From an uncultured Aquificales bacterium (GTDB taxonomy: Bacteria > Thermosulfidibacterota > Thermosulfidibacteria > Thermosulfidibacterales > Thermosulfidibacteraceae), in NCBI GenBank assembly GCA_964590075.1, contig CAZPXS010000005.1:111114-175113 (forward strand): a stretch of 64,000 nucleotides of DNA, written 5' to 3'. Position numbers and translations under genes: made by a program. Positions 60,981-64,000 of this stretch are shown one piece after another (within the stretch, counting starts at the first letter, position 1; every line of letters begins with the position of its first letter). The notes under the pieces were generated by a model that made no database searches, was not told where the DNA came from, and was given only the letters and a program-made list of their open reading frames with translations.

Positions 60981-61634
60981 ATGTTTGAAAGATTAAGGAT
61001 ATCCACAACATTCACCGTAATAATTTTGATGGTAGTTTTTGGTAAAAATGTTTATTCTGAGGAATGCTCACAAATTTTAAAACAAAGTTTATCGAAAGTT
61101 GAAAAGATTAAGGATTACAGTGCGATAGTAGAGACCTTTAATAAAAAGGGTAAATTGGAGGAAACTACGGTTTATGATTATAAGTATCTTAGTCCTGGTT
61201 ACATAAGGATGAAGGTTATTGAAGGTAGGAAGAAGGGCGGAGAGGTATTTTTCGATCCTAAGGCTTATAAGGTGAAGGGTTGTAAAAGTGTTGTTTTTAA
61301 GTTTTGCAAGGAGTTCAATCCCGATGACAACGATATAAGATCCATTAGAGGGGTGAGAGTCTTTGAAACAAGCCTTGTAAACATTCTAAAGGATACCGAA
61401 AAGAACCTCTCAAAGGGAGTCTGTTCCGTTAAAACTGAAGGTGCCTTTGATGTCCTTGAGATCAACTTAGGAGAAAAGGATAAGGATGTGGATAGGATAG
61501 TCCTAAAGATAGGAAAGAAAGATTTTATCCCCTATGTCTGGGAAAAGTACGGTAACAACCAACTATTATATAGGTTATCCATTAAGAATCTCAAAACTAA
61601 CATTGGGTTAAAACTTGAAGAACTTGCTCTATAG
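60981..61634 (+). CDS. Secreted/periplasmic hypothetical protein (about 217 aa) inside the fatty-acid utilisation cluster
   Basis: ATG at 60981 with GGGAGG RBS. Signal peptide MFERLRISTTFTVIILMVVFGKNVYS|EE. Beta-rich, K/E-rich mature part with three Cys. AT-rich (about 30% GC) relative to its neighbours. Confidence 0.5.
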   Translation: MFERLRISTTFTVIILMVVFGKNVYSEECSQILKQSLSKVEKIKDYSAIVETFNKKGKLEETTVYDYKYLSPGYIRMKVIEGRKKGGEVFFDPKAYKVKGCKSVVFKFCKEFNPDDNDIRSIRGVRVFETSLVNILKDTEKNLSKGVCSVKTEGAFDVLEINLGEKDKDVDRIVLKIGKKDFIPYVWEKYGNNQLLYRLSIKNLKTNIGLKLEELAL

Positions 61635-61644
61635 GGAGGTGACG

Positions 61645-63315
61645 ATGGCTGAGGTATCTACAGAGAGTATATATCTAAAAAAACCTTGGTTAAAAAACTA
61701 TCCAGAGGAGGTACCAGAAACTCTCAAATATCCCGATGAACCTCTATACTGGCTCCTTGATGAAGCCTATCGTGAATTCAAGGATAAAATAGCCATGGTA
61801 TTCTACGATAAAAAATGGACCTATAGAGAACTATATGATGCACATTTAAGATTGGCATATTTTCTACAAAAGGAGCTAAATGTAAAACCTCAGCAGAGAA
61901 TCGCTCTATTACTTCCAAACTGTCCTCTTTATCCTATCAGTTACTTTGGTATCCTCAGGATAAACGGAATAGTTGTTCAATTAAATCCTCTTTACAGTGA
62001 GTATGAACTAGAAAAGCTCATAGAGGATAGTGGTAGCGAGATCATCATTACCTTAGATATACTAACTCATAAGCTCGAAAGGGCGGTAGAAAAAGGTCTC
62101 ATAAAGACCATTATCTTCTCCAATATGAAGGATTTCTTACCATTTCCCCTTAATCTACTCTTCCCACTGAAAACATGGAGGTTACCCAAGCTAAAATCAA
62201 AGAAGGCAAGGATGATAAACTTTAAGGATATTCCGTATGGGAAGCCTGATAGTGTCAATATAGTGCCCGATGAGGACGTGGCGGTTTTTCAGTATACGGG
62301 AGGTACAACCGGCTTATCCAAGGCAGCGATGCTGACTCATAAGAATATACTATCCAATGTGATACAACTTGCCGCTTGGGCCTATAAAGCGGAGAGAGGC
62401 AAAGAGGTAACTCTTGCGGTCTTACCTTTTTTCCATGTTTATGGTATGACCGTTGGAATGCTTTTTACGATATACGCTGGTGGGACTCTCGTTCTTGAGC
62501 CAAGGTTTGATGTAGAAAGGGTTGTAAAGCTCATAGAAAAATATAGAGTCACAATGCTACCTGGTGTGCCCACGATGTACGTGGCTATTAATAAGGTTGC
62601 CTCGAGTAAAAAGGTCGATCTTACTAGTATGAAATTCTGTTTGAGTGGTGGTGCTCCATTACCGGTTGAGGTGGCCAACGAGTTCGAGAAATTGACGGGA
62701 GCAACCTTGAGAGAAGGATACGGATTGTCAGAAACAAGTCCAGTGACTCATGCCAATTTAGCCTACGCTCCGCCAAGAAAGGGCAGTATAGGAATCCCTG
62801 TACCCGATACTCTGGCTAGGATAGTGGATGTTGAGAGTGGTAAGGAGGTTCCAGTTGGTACACCTGGTGAACTCTGTATAAAGGGACCTCAGGTTATGAA
62901 GGGTTACTGGAATAGACCCGAGGAGAATAAAATAGCTTTCGATGAGGAAGGGTGGTTCCATACCGGTGATATAGCCATTATGGATGAGGACGGTTATTTC
63001 TATATAGTTGATAGAAAGAAGGATATGATAATCGCAGGTGGTTACAACATTTATCCAAGGGAGGTGGAAGAGGTTTTATATGCTCATCCCAAGGTTTTAG
63101 AGGCAGCGGTTGTTGGTGTCAAAGACGAGTATAGGGGAGAGACCGTTAAGGCCTATATAGTGCTAAAGTCGGGTATGACCGCTACCGCCGATGAGATAAT
63201 CAGTTTCTGTAAAGAAAGACTCGCATCATACAAGGTACCAAAGATCGTAGAGTTCGTGAATGAGTTACCGAAAAGTCCTATAGGTAAGGTTTTGAAGAGG
63301 GAATTGAGAAAGTGA
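61645..63315 (+). CDS. fadD: Long-chain-fatty-acid--CoA ligase (AMP-forming)
   Basis: AMP-binding motif (FQYTGGTTGLSKAAMLTHKN), GYGLSET, and C-terminal PKSPIGKVLKRELR. ATG at 61645 with GGGAGGTGA RBS. Confidence 0.85.
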   Translation: MAEVSTESIYLKKPWLKNYPEEVPETLKYPDEPLYWLLDEAYREFKDKIAMVFYDKKWTYRELYDAHLRLAYFLQKELNVKPQQRIALLLPNCPLYPISYFGILRINGIVVQLNPLYSEYELEKLIEDSGSEIIITLDILTHKLERAVEKGLIKTIIFSNMKDFLPFPLNLLFPLKTWRLPKLKSKKARMINFKDIPYGKPDSVNIVPDEDVAVFQYTGGTTGLSKAAMLTHKNILSNVIQLAAWAYKAERGKEVTLAVLPFFHVYGMTVGMLFTIYAGGTLVLEPRFDVERVVKLIEKYRVTMLPGVPTMYVAINKVASSKKVDLTSMKFCLSGGAPLPVEVANEFEKLTGATLREGYGLSETSPVTHANLAYAPPRKGSIGIPVPDTLARIVDVESGKEVPVGTPGELCIKGPQVMKGYWNRPEENKIAFDEEGWFHTGDIAIMDEDGYFYIVDRKKDMIIAGGYNIYPREVEEVLYAHPKVLEAAVVGVKDEYRGETVKAYIVLKSGMTATADEIISFCKERLASYKVPKIVEFVNELPKSPIGKVLKRELRK

Positions 63316-63378
63316 AAAATAACTGTGAAGTGAACTTTGGTAGAGGTTACTCAGCAATAAAATTTAAGGAGGTGGGTT

Positions 63379-64000
63379 ATGTTAGCTATCTTTACTAGTT
63401 TGTTCCTATTTTTCTTTACATTCCTAATATCTGGTGTAGCGGTAGCGGGCAATGTTGAAACACTTGGTGTAGGAGCTAAGGCTACTTCGTTAGGTGGTGC
63501 TTTTTCTGCAAGAGCCGATGATTTTTCGGCCATGTATTACAATCCCGCAGGTATAGTTCAGCTTAGTAGACCTCAGATTTCTGTAGGAACAAGTATAGTC
63601 AACCCATCCCTTGCAGCAAAGACCGATTATAGAAATGAATACGAGGAAGTTATTGGTGGGTTTAGTAAAGATAAGAGCCAGTTGTTAGTCTATCCACATG
63701 CCGGTTTTATCTATCCCTTCCAGCTATTCGGGAAAAAGGCGGCCTTTGGAATTGCCACCTATGTACCCTACGGTCTGTGGCTTGGGTGGAAGGAAGATCC
63801 GAGTAAAAACCCAGGTGCCTATAATACCTATGAATCCTGGTACTATAGGGTAGTTTCCGCATCTCCTACTTTAGCTATCCAGTTGACCGATAGACTGATG
63901 GTTGGTTTTAACGTTGCCTTCGGTAACTCCCACTCGGGTGTGTATAGAAGGATTTATCAGAGTCCATTTATAGTCCAAACGGGAACTCTTATTTCTGGAT
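63379..64000 (+). CDS. fadL: FadL/OmpP1/TodX-family outer-membrane long-chain fatty acid (hydrophobic compound) channel, 5' part only
   Basis: Signal peptide plus N-terminal hatch motif (GAKATSLGGAFSARADDFSAMYYNPAGI). AAGGAGGTG RBS. Runs off the window end. Confidence 0.7.
   Translation, partial: MLAIFTSLFLFFFTFLISGVAVAGNVETLGVGAKATSLGGAFSARADDFSAMYYNPAGIVQLSRPQISVGTSIVNPSLAAKTDYRNEYEEVIGGFSKDKSQLLVYPHAGFIYPFQLFGKKAAFGIATYVPYGLWLGWKEDPSKNPGAYNTYESWYYRVVSASPTLAIQLTDRLMVGFNVAFGNSHSGVYRRIYQSPFIVQTGTLISG

Noticed and set aside
1-64000. CRISPR arrays, IS elements, integrases and prophage genes
   Set aside because: I saw no regularly spaced direct repeats, and no transposase, integrase or phage-structural signatures in any frame. 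The tRNA pair is not followed by an integrase.

Overview
This 64 kb window is a chromosomal housekeeping segment from a probably thermophilic bacterium. Arg codons are mostly AGG/AGA, the proteins are rich in Lys/Glu/Ile, and GC is roughly 40-45% with much AT-richer islands. I see no integrase, transposase, CRISPR array or rRNA. Genes are densely packed, often overlapping by 4-40 nt. The main gene blocks are:
- Cell envelope, replication and repair: valS, lpxK, mrdA-rodA, maf, dprA and recN.
- An orphan 2-oxoacid:ferredoxin oxidoreductase delta+alpha pair that overlaps glyS.
- mutS2, and on the opposite strand tsaD, a peptide-family substrate-binding protein, an rpoZ-like gene and secF-secD-yajC.
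- queC, an M29 aminopeptidase and manC.
- Three c-di-GMP turnover proteins: an EAL protein, a GAF-degenerate-GGDEF-EAL protein and an HD-GYP response regulator.
- tRNA-Leu(CAA) and tRNA-Arg(ACG), immediately followed by a DHH-CBS-nucleotidyltransferase fusion protein.
- A GH57 glycosidase, a SAM hydroxide adenosyltransferase and cysS.
- yjbQ and mazG, then a sensor kinase and a sigma-54 (NtrC-type) response regulator. Converging on these is a sigma-54-promoted two-gene operon for exported, Cys/His-tailed proteins (one ZraP-like, one OB-fold-like).
- An ADP-forming acetyl-CoA synthetase, cinA, thpR, dgt, hemL and an SPFH protein.
- A partial atp operon (atpZ with a frameshift, atpI, atpB, atpE), then rex, rpsI and rplM, with an aldehyde dehydrogenase and a Nudix gene on the opposite strand.
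- A Bacillus-type fatty-acid degradation cluster: TetR-family fadR, fadN-fadA-fadE, then an inserted secreted hypothetical, a fatty-acid CoA ligase and a FadL-like outer-membrane channel.
The most interesting candidates are the sigma-54 / ZraP-like / OB-fold module with palindromic upstream elements, and the AT-rich secreted protein wedged into the fad/FadL cluster. Many ORF-track starts are GTG/TTG rendered as M, so several start coordinates below were re-picked by eye from RBS spacing.
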